Origin: Deltaproteobacteria bacterium
GTDB lineage: Bacteria > Myxococcota_A > Polyangia > Polyangiales > Houyiibacteriaceae
Assembly: GCA_034670305.1 (NCBI GenBank)
Contig: JAXMNT010000034.1
Location: 1 to 64,000, forward strand
Length of the DNA: 64,000 nucleotides
Direction: 5' to 3'
The position numbers were made by a program, and so were the translations under genes. The notes under the pieces were generated by a model that made no database searches, was not told where the DNA came from, and worked only from the letters and a program-made list of their open reading frames with translations. Numbering within the stretch: position 1 is the stretch's first letter; each line of letters starts with the position of its first letter. Below, one piece after another: positions 36,981 to 49,600 of this stretch.

Positions 36981-39028
36981 GCGCCGATCTCTTTGAACTC
37001 TTCGTCGGCCGGTCCCTCTTCGGCATCGAGGAGCGCGAGGTGGTGCCCGCGGAAGACCTTCTTGAGGTACATGCGGATGGGGACCAGCATCGCTACGAAG
37101 AAGGGAAAGAGGATGCCGATGAAGCTGGTCTTGACGACCCAGAGCACCGCGAGGCAGACGAACTGGATGCCAGTGTAGGCGTGGATGAAGCGCAGTGGGA
37201 CCGCGCGAATGTAGTGGGTCGGCGGGTACAGGTTCGGGTCGGTGATCCAGAGCTTGAACCGGTCCACGAACTGGTTTCCGCCGAGCGTGCCGATGCCCAT
37301 GAAGAGGAAGAGCCCGAAGAGGACCGCCATCGGGATGAGCGCGAGGTACGGAAGAAAGAAGAGCACGGCCGCGCCGATGAGCACATGGATCATCAGGTTG
37401 GAGATGCGGTTCTCGACCACGCCCACGGTGCGTCCACGCCCGTCGACGACGACCAGGCTCTTCACGTGGTTGAGCGAACGGACGACGGCGCCGACGACCC
37501 AGGGCAGGCCGAACATGCTCATCGTGCCTACGAGCATGCCCATCACCGCCATGTCCCAGTGAAACGAGGGGCCGTTCTTCAGCTTGTAGTCCGGGCTGTT
37601 GGTCAGCCGCGCGGTGATGTTCTGGTTCACCCAGATGAGGATGGTGAGGAGCAGCGCCGGGATGGCAGCCGCGCCCCACACCCACGTCGGGACCTCCATC
37701 GGATTCACCAGCCAGTCGCGGTCGATCGACGGCGCGAGGTGGTCCGGGGCGTCGAGCTTGGGCAGCTCGATCTCCGGCCACGCATGCGCGAGCAGCGTCA
37801 TGGCGAAGATGGCGATGGCCGGTCCGAAGTCGCTGAGAAACTCGCGGAACTTCGCGCGTAGGTAGGGCTGTCGGCGGAAGCGGGCGAGCGCCATCGCGAC
37901 CACCGTGGTGCCCAGGGCGAGCAGGAGCTCGAACAGGGCGGTGGCTTCGGAGACCTCCGGATCTTGAAACGAGCCGGCCAGATCGTTGGCCGCTTCGCTG
38001 ATGAAGATCAGGCCGATCAGCGCTGCGAAGACCTCGTCGGTGAATCGGGTGAAGTAGCGGATGAGCGCGCTGGCGTCTGTCGCGGCGAGCACGACGAGGA
38101 AGAAGCCAGCCCACAGCCCCACGACCGCTGCGGTGGGGAGGAAGGGAATCTCGAACTGCTGGCAGAGGCCATAGAGGATGCCGGTGAAGATCACGTTGGG
38201 ACCGGTCGCGCCCACGATGGGGAGCGGCTGCCCAGCGCAGAGCGACCACGCCACACCACAGAATGCCGACGCGAGAAGCGCCTCGACGGCGCCGATCTGC
38301 CCGCCGGTCAACGTGGAGAGCAAGCCGCCGAACGCCACCGCCGCCGCGAGGCAGGCGACGAACATGAAGAGCACACTCCCCACGACCTTGAGCTTGAAGC
38401 CCTCCCGGAAGTCGGCGAAATAGTGCGGGAGGTGGCGCTTGATGTCGCGGGCCACGCCGCCGAAGAGTTTCCCGGTGCGCTCGAGCTCCGGCGGGATCCG
38501 CTTGAGGTCGATCTCCTGTTTGAGCGCTTGCTCGAACGCGGCGGCGAGCTCTTCCGGCGTCTCGGCTGCAGCGGCGGTGTCCGAGAGATCCTGATGGTGC
38601 ATCAGGTGGGCGAACTCGGCGGCGGCGCCCACGTGCGGATGCGTCTTCTCGCTCGTGATCAACACCCACACGAAGCGGACCGCCTCGCCCTCCTCGTCGC
38701 GGAGCGCGAGCGGTTTGGTCAGTCGCACGAGCACGTCCACGTTCACGGGGAGACCGTCGGTCGCGGGGACCGAGTCGTGAATGATCGCCACGCCGCCATC
38801 GAGCACTTCCGGACCCGAGTCGCCGTGCCGGCGCAAACTCTCCCGAACCGACTCGCGGTCGCTCGTGGGATCCTTCGTGAGCGCGTCACCGACCGCGTCG
38901 AGGACGTCGTCGAGGTGTTCGGCCTCGACGTCCATGAGGATCAGCGTGTGTCCGTGGACCAATGCGCGACGCGCCATCTTCGTGGAGCGCTCGATCTCGA
39001 GACCCTCGGGCTTGGACGGTTCAGTCAT
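36977..39028 (-). CDS. SLC4/Band 3-like bicarbonate/anion transporter with N-terminal PTS EIIA-like domain
   Basis: RTGKLFGGVARDIKR, AGQPLPIVGATGP, YFTRFTDEVFAALI, ENRIS, IPMAVLFGLFLFMG. Confidence 0.9.
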   Translation of the reverse strand: MTEPSKPEGLEIERSTKMARRALVHGHTLILMDVEAEHLDDVLDAVGDALTKDPTSDRESVRESLRRHGDSGPEVLDGGVAIIHDSVPATDGLPVNVDVLVRLTKPLALRDEEGEAVRFVWVLITSEKTHPHVGAAAEFAHLMHHQDLSDTAAAAETPEELAAAFEQALKQEIDLKRIPPELERTGKLFGGVARDIKRHLPHYFADFREGFKLKVVGSVLFMFVACLAAAVAFGGLLSTLTGGQIGAVEALLASAFCGVAWSLCAGQPLPIVGATGPNVIFTGILYGLCQQFEIPFLPTAAVVGLWAGFFLVVLAATDASALIRYFTRFTDEVFAALIGLIFISEAANDLAGSFQDPEVSEATALFELLLALGTTVVAMALARFRRQPYLRAKFREFLSDFGPAIAIFAMTLLAHAWPEIELPKLDAPDHLAPSIDRDWLVNPMEVPTWVWGAAAIPALLLTILIWVNQNITARLTNSPDYKLKNGPSFHWDMAVMGMLVGTMSMFGLPWVVGAVVRSLNHVKSLVVVDGRGRTVGVVENRISNLMIHVLIGAAVLFFLPYLALIPMAVLFGLFLFMGIGTLGGNQFVDRFKLWITDPNLYPPTHYIRAVPLRFIHAYTGIQFVCLAVLWVVKTSFIGILFPFFVAMLVPIRMYLKKVFRGHHLALLDAEEGPADEEFKEIGA

Positions 39029-39304
39029 CCGGTGGGCCTACTCGATTGCAGGGTCGATGTCCGCACGGCGATGGAGAGATGCGTGGGTCGCATCCTGTGT
39101 GTGATCCTGTGCGCGATCCTGTGCGCGAACCTGGGCCTGTTCTGGGGGGTGACTGCGGCGCCGACAGGCTTCCGCGCTTGGTCGGGCTCGTGGCTCGCGG
39201 CATCGAGTGGGATGGTGGGCGGATCGAGGTGCGTCATCCGCAACCCACGGAGCGCGGGCAGGCGGTGGGCATGGTGAAGGGGCCGTCGAGCATGGCCGTC
39301 GCTT

Positions 39305-39320
39305 CGCAAGTTGCAGGCCA
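39305..39320 (-). promoter_or_regulatory. Putative sigma54 -24/-12 promoter
   Basis: Minus strand TGGCCTGCAACTTGCG has GG-N10-GC spacing, upstream of the transporter. Confidence 0.4.
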
Positions 39321-39523
39321 ACGGGCACGTCGCGCTTTTGAGCCTGGGCGGGTGCGAGTCGAAAGATTCTTTCGACCGCACCCTCAAGTTTGTTGAGGGC
39401 GTCCTCTTCGCCAAGCTCGACCATGTCGGACGGTGGGAGGGCCGCCGAGCGAGTGTTTCTGACCCGACCAGCCGAAGCTCCGTCAGACGCTTCATGCCCC
39501 ACAACCGCGCCCGTCAGGGACGG

Positions 39524-41038
<1,515 letters not shown>

Positions 41039-41292
41039 AGCAGGCCTGTCGTCAGGGCAGGCAACACCTGCCGAAGTGGCTCCCCAAGCCGAGGTGTCTG
41101 CGGGTGAGCGGTTCGGTCAGCTCCGCGCCCGAAGACATCAGGCGATAGTCTGCCACACAAGACCCGCGTGCTGCCGGCGTGCGATCATCGAGAGGACGCA
41201 CGCTTTGGATGAAGCGCCGGGCTGGACTCGGGCGGCATCGCACGTGAACATCCCAACGTTGGCCAGCGTCCGGGTCTCGGAAGGGGAAGCGC

Positions 41293-41904
41293 ATGAGGGT
41301 GATTCGTAGGAAGATGTTTGGTTTCGGAGCAGTCACGACGTTGGCGCTTGCCGCAAGCGTCATGGCGTTCGCGCAGGACGATCCAGACCAAGTGACGGAC
41401 GGGGAGCAGCGGGTGAACATCTCCGGACGCTTGACGGCCGAGCAGCTCACGGTCGCGCGACGGGCGCTCAGCCGCGTGGACGGGGTGCAGGAAGTCTCGG
41501 GCCAGCGCGAAGTGATCTTCCGCCCCGCGGCGGGTTCCGCGCTCGCGTGGTCCGCGGTTCAGCGGGCCGTCGACGCCGGCCACGACTCGCCGATCGTCGG
41601 GGCGCCGACCCTCGGCTTTGCCTTGACGGTGGACGTCGTCTTCAAACCTGAGCAGGTGCCCGCGGATCGGGTCCAGGCTGTCATCGACGCCATGCCGACC
41701 TTCGACACGCTCGCCGAAGTCACGTACGTCTCGGGAACCACGATCCGCCTCAGGTCGGCTCCTTGGAGCCCGCGCAACCAGCGCGGCTTCAACGTGACGA
41801 GCCTGCTCAGCCCGGCGGCGCGCGCGACCGGGTACCGCGGCCCCGGCGCCCCAAGCTACGACCGGTTCATCCAGGATGTGACCTTCGAGCCGGGCGGGAC
41901 CTGA
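41293..41904 (+). CDS. Secreted hypothetical protein
   Basis: Signal peptide ending AFA-Q. Confidence 0.65.
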   Translation: MRVIRRKMFGFGAVTTLALAASVMAFAQDDPDQVTDGEQRVNISGRLTAEQLTVARRALSRVDGVQEVSGQREVIFRPAAGSALAWSAVQRAVDAGHDSPIVGAPTLGFALTVDVVFKPEQVPADRVQAVIDAMPTFDTLAEVTYVSGTTIRLRSAPWSPRNQRGFNVTSLLSPAARATGYRGPGAPSYDRFIQDVTFEPGGT

Positions 41905-41933
41905 CAGAGCCGGTCCACGGGTAGACTCCGACG

Positions 41934-43532
41934 ATGGACTTGCGAACGACCGTAGCCTTCGTGGCGATGTGGGTGGCCGTACTCGGGCTCGGGTGCGACG
42001 ACGGAGGCGGAGAGCACGTCGATGCCGGTGGCGGTGTCGACGCGCGCGTCGACGCCGCGGGAGACAGCGGTGGCGACGAAGTCGATGGGGGCGGGGTGGA
42101 CTCCGGTGCGACCGATGGGGGCGTGGATGCCGGTGCGCCGGCGGCCACGTCCGTCACGATCCAGGTGCAGCCGGGCAGCGCGGCCGCTGGAACCGAGCGT
42201 GTGAACTTCGGTCTCCCGCTCGCACTCGGCGCGTTGACGGACGCGTCGCTCATCATCGTGCGGCATGAGGGCAGTGAAGTCGCGGCCTCGCGGCGAGGGC
42301 TCGCGTCGTGGCCCGATGGCAGCCTGCGCAGCGTGCAGCTCCAGATCGATCTGCCGGCCGAGGCGACTGAGGTCGTCGTCGACATCGGCACCGCCCCGAC
42401 CGCGGCGCCGCTCTCGGAAGTCCCCGTCGCCGACACGCTCGCGGACGGCGAGCCACGGATGTGGGCGCTCATCCCAGCGAGCTGGCTCGCGGGGAGCGGC
42501 TTCGCCGGACCGCTCGTCGACGACGCGGCCATCGCCGGGACCCCGCTGGACGCGTGGGGCTCCGTCTGTGACTACGACCGCCACGACACCGACGCGTTCC
42601 TCGAGGGCAGCGCGTCGCGGGGCGTGTGGCTCTTCGACCGGGTCACCGCGATGGTGCGCGGCTACGCGCGCAGCGGAGAACGCTCGCCGCTGCGCTCGGC
42701 CTACCGGGAGGCGACGCTCTACCGAGAGGGACTCACGGGCAGCCCCACCGACATCCGCATCGGCGTGCCCGGCGCCAGCGACGATCTCAAGTACCACTAC
42801 ACCCAGGGCCTCGCGCTGCACTACCTGCTCACCGGCGACGATCGTTTCCGCGAGGCGGCCGAGGCGGTCGGCGCCCGGGCGGCGAGCCTCTGGACGAGCC
42901 CAGGTTGGGCTGGCGGCGCGGACTTCTGGACCGAACGCCACGCCGGCTTTGGCCTCCTCGCGTACGTGTGGGCCGCGGCGGTCTCCGACGACCGGGCGGG
43001 TGAGTTCGAGACGCTGGCCGATGACGCGGTGACGGCCTACCTCGACATTCAGGCGACCTATCCGATTGGCTACGAAGACGCCGACGCGCGCTGTTTTGCG
43101 CACCACGCAGACGCACACGGCGAGGACTACGGCTACGTCGGATGCAGCCCGTGGATGAGCGCCATCCTCGCGGACGGCTTGTTGGCCTACGCCGAGCTGC
43201 GTGGGGGCGCGAACGCCGACCGCGCGCACGCCTCGTTGATCCAGCTCGGCCGAATCCTCGCCCGAGATGGTCGCGACGGATCCGGCAAGCCGTTCTACTT
43301 CATGGGCGTCGGCACCGCCGACGACGAGCCCGACGCGTACGACGAGCACTGGGGCGAGAGCGCCTACATCGTCGCCATGGCGTGGCACCTCGACGGACGC
43401 CGCGACGCCGCGCTTCGGACCGCAGCGGAGGCGCTGCTCGCTGGACTCTCCACCAACGGCTCCGCGCCGCACGTGCGCAGCTTCAACTGGCAATGCCGCA
43501 GCGCTGTGATGACACCCGCGTTCCTGCGGTGA
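41934..43532 (+). CDS. Lipoprotein with beta-sandwich plus (alpha/alpha) barrel, polysaccharide lyase/glycosidase-like
   Basis: LGC lipobox; FGLPLALG...WPDGSLRSV; YLLTGDDR, WTER, SPWM. Confidence 0.72.
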   Translation: MDLRTTVAFVAMWVAVLGLGCDDGGGEHVDAGGGVDARVDAAGDSGGDEVDGGGVDSGATDGGVDAGAPAATSVTIQVQPGSAAAGTERVNFGLPLALGALTDASLIIVRHEGSEVAASRRGLASWPDGSLRSVQLQIDLPAEATEVVVDIGTAPTAAPLSEVPVADTLADGEPRMWALIPASWLAGSGFAGPLVDDAAIAGTPLDAWGSVCDYDRHDTDAFLEGSASRGVWLFDRVTAMVRGYARSGERSPLRSAYREATLYREGLTGSPTDIRIGVPGASDDLKYHYTQGLALHYLLTGDDRFREAAEAVGARAASLWTSPGWAGGADFWTERHAGFGLLAYVWAAAVSDDRAGEFETLADDAVTAYLDIQATYPIGYEDADARCFAHHADAHGEDYGYVGCSPWMSAILADGLLAYAELRGGANADRAHASLIQLGRILARDGRDGSGKPFYFMGVGTADDEPDAYDEHWGESAYIVAMAWHLDGRRDAALRTAAEALLAGLSTNGSAPHVRSFNWQCRSAVMTPAFLR

Positions 43533-43627
43533 ACTCGACATCGTAGACGTTCGTGCCGGCCAACCACGAAGACGCGACGTTCGAGACCACCAGAAACCGC
43601 CCGTTGGAGACCGAGCGCCTGGCTTAT

Positions 43628-43660
43628 GACTTCACCAACCCCAGAGGTGTCGGTGAAGTC
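43628..43660. terminator. Hairpin between convergent genes
   Basis: gacttcacc ... ggtgaagtc inverted repeat; no U-tract. Confidence 0.35.
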
Positions 43661-43672
43661 GAGGCCGAGAAA

Positions 43673-46597
43673 TCAGCGGCACGCCGCCCCATCCAGCATG
43701 ACGTATTCGAAGTTGGCCCCGCCGAACCAATCATAGAAGGTCAGTTCGAGCCGATAGGTCGCTCCGGTGTCGCTGCGAAGGATGACGGTGTCCTCGTGCG
43801 CCGTGAAGTCGATGTTGCGATCGGTCAGCGTGAGCGCCCGGGCGTGGCAGGAGCTGACGAACTCAAATTCGGGCGACGAGACGACACCCCCCACGGCCGA
43901 GGCCTCCGGTAGGACCCGGAACCTCCGCGCCCCAAAATCCACAACCTCAAGCATGAAATCGGAGACGCCTTCCTCCGGGGTTCCCTCTTCCAGATCGACG
44001 TGTCGCCTATACGGCGTCCCACTCTCTCGCACCGTGCCCCCCCGCGAGCAATCGACGCGGAGTTGGGCCACGTCCATCCGAAGGTAGGTCTCGGTGCGGA
44101 GATTGCCCAGCTTGAAGACCTCTCCGGTCGCGAGCTTCACGAGCACGACCCGGGTGTCGTCCAGCGGCACTCGATGCAAACGATCGTCGAAGGTCGCAGA
44201 GGCCACGTCGCAGCCCGTCACGTCGTCGAAGGTCGCACCAGAGAGGTGGGCGACCTCGACGCCGAGCGCGCGGTTCTGAAAGATGAAGTACCCGGTGCGG
44301 GCGTCGTTCTGGACGACCTCGAAATCCCACTCTTGCCATGGGTCTCGCGGGAGATCGTACTGGAACGAGTTCCAACGCTCGTACAACAGGTTGTAGCCAC
44401 GAGACGACGACACGCGCACGTCTGTCACGGGATCGGCGCTGCAGTGCTCGAAGCACCCGCATGGGCCTGCGCCCATGGGGTCGATGTCGCAGTCGCCTCC
44501 ACATCCCGGGGTGTCCGCGACGCCGCAGCCGCAGGTGCCTGGTTCGCTCTTGTCACCGTCGAGCGGACATCCATCGACGCAATCGGCCAGGGTGTCCTCG
44601 TCGCGGTCTGCGTCGGGCGTTCCGCAGCCGCAGACGCCGGGTTCCTCCTTCTCGATGTCCGCGGGGCACCCGTCGTCGCAATCGAGCACCCCGTCCATGT
44701 CCGCATCGGTGTCGGGCGAGCCACATCCACAGCCACCGGGCGATCGTTTCGCCGGGTCGTCCGGGCACTCGTCCACGCAGTCCGGCGCGCCGTCTCCATC
44801 TCGGTCCGTCTCCGGCGTTCCGCAGCCGCAGATCCCCGGCGCGTCCTTCTCATGCTCCGGGCAAGCGTCCACATCTTCGGCGGGGAGGCAGCCGAGCATC
44901 GCCGCGCCGTAACCAGCCGCTCCGACCGCTCCGGGTGGGCACGCGCGACCGCCGCAGACATCGTTTCCCGCGCCGCCCACCCCGAACGAGAGGTTCACGC
45001 GCGAGACATCCAAGGGGTCAGGGGTCGTACACGCGAGCGCGACGGAGTTCCCCCCGCCACCCGCGGCGCCAACGCCGCCGACGCCGCCGACGCCGCCGAC
45101 GCCGCCACGGCTCGCATCTGGGTACCTGAAGACTACGCCCAGACTCTCCAGTCCGTCGGGCCCGCCTGCGCCTCCCAAGCCGCCGGAGCCGCCCGCGCCG
45201 CTTACGCCGCCCGCGCCTGAGACGACGTTGACTCCATGCAGGACAAGACCGGATGAGTCCGAGACCAGGATGCCGACCGCGCTGCCGCCCGCCTGTCCGC
45301 CGCCGCCGCCGAGCCCGCCGCGGCCCGGGGCGCCGCCTGCGGCGCCCGCTTGGGGCGGGGCGCCGAACCGGTTGTAGGTGCACGCGCCGCCGCCGGCACC
45401 GAACGTCCCAGGCGCGCCCGGCTCGCCTGCTCCGCCGGGCGCCGCGAGCCAGGCGTCGCTCGGTAGGGCTGCGGCCCCTGCTGCCCCTGCTGTCCCCGGC
45501 TCACCAACACGGCCGTCCCGGGCGGCGGATTCGAAGTCGCAGTGCTCGAACGCCCCGCCCTGGACCCGCAGATCGTCCCGTGTACCCGGAATGCCGATCC
45601 ACGGGTATCGATTCGGGACGCCCTCCCCACTGGAGCCGCCGCCCGCGCCGCATGAGTGCCTCTGCGGTCGGGGGTCCTCGTGTTCACAGCTGAGGTCCGA
45701 GCAGTTCAGCTCGCAGCCGGCCAGATGCGCTGCGCGGTAGGCACTGTAGCTGGCGAAGTCGCGCGGACCGGGGCTGCCGGTCTCTCCGTCTTCGCCCGCC
45801 GCACCGTCGCGCGCGTCGGCGGCTTGGACTTCCACGTCGATGACCTGAAGCGCCGGTGAGCCGGCGACGCGCAGGGCCACCGAGCCGAGCCCGTCCGGCT
45901 CGCCCGCGCCCGCCACGGTGGCGATCGTCAAGTGGGACAAGTAGGCCGCCGTCGTCGCGCCTTCGACCGACACGGCGACCGCTGCGTTCACGTCCGGGTG
46001 CCGGTTCTCTTGGCGCACCGCGACCTCCCACCGGGGGCGCTCTGCGGGGTCGGGGGTGAACTCGGGGTACGTCCCGAAGCCGCCGTAGACACCCACGCCG
46101 TCGCCGATTCGAAGCGGTGTCGCGAACACCGGAGAGCCACCCACGAGGATGGCTTCCCGGCGGCTCCCATCCGCGTTCACCACCGCGAGCGCGGGCTCCA
46201 TCGCGTCGAAGGGGCGCTCCCGGCTCCCGTCGCCGTCGCCCTCACTGTAGCTGGGGTCGACGAAGACGAACGGGAAGCTCCGCGAGGTGGGGTCGCACTC
46301 GACGGTCATCAGCCGAAGGGGAGGCTCCACACAGCGTGTGCCGTCGTCCTCGGGCACGCAGGCCCCGAGGTCGCACGTGCCACACGGACGACCGAGCTCG
46401 CAGGTGCCACAGCCCGTGCACGCGTCGGTGGTCGCGTCGGAACCGGGCTCCGCATCTCCGCCGGCAGGCCCCGCGTCCTCGACGGGGGCGCCGTCGCGTG
46501 CCCCGGCGTCGCGCGTGCCGCCGTCTTCGTCTCCACCGTCGTCGCCGCCGCCGCACGCGCACGCCACGGCCACCATCACAATCAAGCAAGAACGCAT
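43673..46597 (-). CDS. Large lipoprotein: DUF1565/beta-helix-like region, Gly-rich segments, TSP3-like Ca-binding repeats, duplicated C-terminal domain
   Basis: ACAC lipobox; FVD...GDGSRERPF; CPxDxxKxxPGxCGCGxxDxDxDxD repeats. Confidence 0.8.
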   Translation of the reverse strand: MRSCLIVMVAVACACGGGDDGGDEDGGTRDAGARDGAPVEDAGPAGGDAEPGSDATTDACTGCGTCELGRPCGTCDLGACVPEDDGTRCVEPPLRLMTVECDPTSRSFPFVFVDPSYSEGDGDGSRERPFDAMEPALAVVNADGSRREAILVGGSPVFATPLRIGDGVGVYGGFGTYPEFTPDPAERPRWEVAVRQENRHPDVNAAVAVSVEGATTAAYLSHLTIATVAGAGEPDGLGSVALRVAGSPALQVIDVEVQAADARDGAAGEDGETGSPGPRDFASYSAYRAAHLAGCELNCSDLSCEHEDPRPQRHSCGAGGGSSGEGVPNRYPWIGIPGTRDDLRVQGGAFEHCDFESAARDGRVGEPGTAGAAGAAALPSDAWLAAPGGAGEPGAPGTFGAGGGACTYNRFGAPPQAGAAGGAPGRGGLGGGGGQAGGSAVGILVSDSSGLVLHGVNVVSGAGGVSGAGGSGGLGGAGGPDGLESLGVVFRYPDASRGGVGGVGGVGGVGAAGGGGNSVALACTTPDPLDVSRVNLSFGVGGAGNDVCGGRACPPGAVGAAGYGAAMLGCLPAEDVDACPEHEKDAPGICGCGTPETDRDGDGAPDCVDECPDDPAKRSPGGCGCGSPDTDADMDGVLDCDDGCPADIEKEEPGVCGCGTPDADRDEDTLADCVDGCPLDGDKSEPGTCGCGVADTPGCGGDCDIDPMGAGPCGCFEHCSADPVTDVRVSSSRGYNLLYERWNSFQYDLPRDPWQEWDFEVVQNDARTGYFIFQNRALGVEVAHLSGATFDDVTGCDVASATFDDRLHRVPLDDTRVVLVKLATGEVFKLGNLRTETYLRMDVAQLRVDCSRGGTVRESGTPYRRHVDLEEGTPEEGVSDFMLEVVDFGARRFRVLPEASAVGGVVSSPEFEFVSSCHARALTLTDRNIDFTAHEDTVILRSDTGATYRLELTFYDWFGGANFEYVMLDGAACR

Positions 46598-46690
46598 TTC
46601 TGTTGATACCACGCGCGAGCGAAACTTATGCGATTGATTCATGCGCGAAGCGTCTGAATACGTGTTAGTACCGACGGTTCGGAGGTGCAG

Positions 46691-49600
46691 GTGGGTCGCG
46701 AACAGTTGATGGTTGTGGCATTGATGTCCCTATTTGGTGGGTGTGGAGATCCCACTCCGGAACCGACAGAACCACTGTGTGTCGTGGTGCCTGATGTACT
46801 CGCCGGTGGGCTCGGTGAGCAGTGCGCGCACGACGACGACTGCCCCTGCGGCGCATGGTGCGAGCGGAGCGTCTGTGCGAGCGAATGCAGCGAAGACACC
46901 CCCTGTCCTGGCACAGCAGAATGCGACCTCGGGAGCGGGCGCTGCCAGGAGACGGGGGCCGCTCTGGTTCGCGGTCCCCGAAACCAGGTCCTGCGAACGA
47001 GCAGCTCCGAGGTCATCGTCCGGCCTTCCGGCCGTCTCACGGTGAGCGCGGAAGGGGACGAACCCGTCGCGTTCCGAGTTCGGGCGACGCCGGGCTTCGA
47101 GGTGAACTGTGGTGGCGACTTCGACGAGCAGTGTGACGCGAACGCGTCCGCCTCGGCTCCCGCGATCCTCGAGCTGCGGGCCTCCGAGGCCGCACCGGAT
47201 GGCTGCGCGCCTCTGACCGCGACGCCCTGTCCGAGCGGGACGTTGACCTTGACTTCGGACTTCGACCGGCTCGATGTCGCGCTCGTGGTGTCGCCGGGGG
47301 CGGCGGCGCCCGCTCCCCTGACGGGTACCTATGAAGCCACGCTCACGGCGGTCGGCGCGGGGCTGTCAACGAGGCCGAGTACGGACGACCTCCTCGAGGG
47401 CGCCCGCGGCATTCGCGTCCAGGCCACGATCGAGGTGTTCGCAGACGACACGATCCGCCTTCGCGACGAGCTGGGGGTGTTCGGCGACGGCGCCGTTGGC
47501 ACACTCACCGCGGGCGGGGCGGGCGAAGTCGTCCTCTCGATCCCTCGGTTCGCCTGGCTGACGGGTACCCGCGGGGACTCCCTCGACCCACAGATCGTGA
47601 CGAGCTTCGACGACGCGCTCCTTGCGCACGCGGACGGTGCCATCACCGGAGAGCTGTTCCAGCGCTTCCATGGGATGACCGATGCCGCCGAGACCGCGAC
47701 GCTCCGCTGGGCACTGGCGGCGGGCCGCCTCGAGCAGCAGCCGGAGCTGGGCACGCCGCCTGCGGTCCCAGCGCCCGCGGAGCTTCCCCCGGCCGACCGA
47801 CCGGTGGCGGAGGACGAGAGCGCGCCTGCGGGCAGCGCCCTTGAGCTCGCGTGTGCTTCCGGCGCGCTCAGCGACAGCGAGCTCGACGCCGAGGGCGACC
47901 TGCGTTGTTCGGATGGGGCGACGCAGGCGGTCCTGCCTCGTTTCGGCGACACGGTCGACCCCGTCGATGGGTCCGCGCTGCTCGCGTCCTGCTACGGAGA
48001 TCTTGAGGGCGCGGGGAGTGAGTGTGTCGATCGAGAGCTCGCGGTCGCTGCGCTCGTGCGCGCGCTGGATGGGCCCGCGGCCAGTGCGGAGCGGGCGCTC
48101 GGCCTTCGACTGCTCCAGCGCTGGATCACCCTGCACGGGTTCATCGCGCGGGAAGGCTTGGCCATCGAGCGTCTGCACGCCTGGTTCGCCGACGGAGACC
48201 CGCCCCCGATCGCGGATCCCGATGGACCGGGACCCCGAGAGTGGGTCGAGCCGGCGCTGGCCCGCTCGCTCGACGGCTGGGATCTGTTGTTCCATCCCCG
48301 CGTCGGCTCCGCACTGGTGGCGAGCGAGGAGGGGAGCCTGGCGTCGCCCGACTACCGGACCCGCTTCGGGTACGAGCCACCGGTGGCGACCGAGCTCGCG
48401 GACGCCGATCTCGGGATCTCCGTGACGCTCCTCGACGTCCTGCGTGATCAGCTGCGCGCGGCCGAGGTGGTGGTCCGGCGCCGCATGGGCGCCGACGGCC
48501 TCACCGAGGCGATGGCGCTCGGCCGCGCCGCGCTGCGCCGCGCCGTGGTCGCCCTCGCGTGGGCCCACGGGCTTCTCCACGACGCCACGGCAGGGTCCGA
48601 TCCTGTCTGGGCCGAACAAGCCGACGCGGCAGCGCAAGGCGTAGGCTCCGCGATGCGCTCGCTGTTGGCGGCCATCCGCGCTGCGGAGAGCGGGGCGAAC
48701 GCGCTGGGGATCGAGGACATCGACCTGCCCCTCTATCGCATCGGAGACGAGGTCGGCAGCGCCGAGCGGTTCGCAGCGGCGAGCGACTACCTGCTGGGGG
48801 CAGGCGGGGTGCCCGGCGTTGCGCCGAGCCTGGTGGAGGCGGCCCGCACCGCGTGGGACGACGTCCGGAGCAGCTGGCGCGACAAGCTCACCCGGGACTT
48901 TCGAACGTTCTCGGTGGAGAACCGAGTCGAGGATCTGCAGCGAGAGTATGGGGCGCAGATCGCCGAGCTCTGCGGCAACCCAGCCTGGGCGGAGCTTGGC
49001 GTGCTCGAGTTGTCGGCCGACGAACTCAACCCGAACCACTGCTACATCGTCGACCGCGACGGGTGTCCCACGCCCGACCGTCTCGAGGCGCTGATCACAC
49101 CGACCGACGTCGCTCAAGACGTGTGTGTGATGTTGGCGTTGAACCGCTCGTTTCGACCACTCGATGTGGACGACATGGAGATTGGAGAGGCGCTCGACCG
49201 TCTGAACACCACACTCGAAAACGATCGGCGCTCGCGTTCGCCCGATCGCGCGCTCCTCACGTTTCTTCACCGGACGCGCCGGGAGCTCCCCCAGTTGCTC
49301 GAGGACTACCGCGACCAGTTCCCCGTGCCGGGTCCGCTGGCGTACGAGAACGCACGCACGCGATGCGGGGCGTTGGTGCACGAGCTCGGCGGAGAGATGA
49401 GCGCGGACGAGGAAGGGCGGGCGTGCACGTCGGCGCGCGAGTGCCACCCAGCGATGCTGTGTCGCATGGGGAGCTGCACGGCCGTCGAGCCGCCCGCGCC
49501 AGATGCCACTTGCTATCAAGGGACGCTCGGAGAGCTGAGGCTCGCGCTCCAGGCGAGCGCCCGAGAGGTGGACATCGCGCGCTCGGAGTTTGCGGATCGG

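Noticed and set aside
45050-45500. PE-PGRS or collagen gene
   Set aside because: Gly-rich segments inside a lipoprotein; no PE domain or sustained Gly-X-Y
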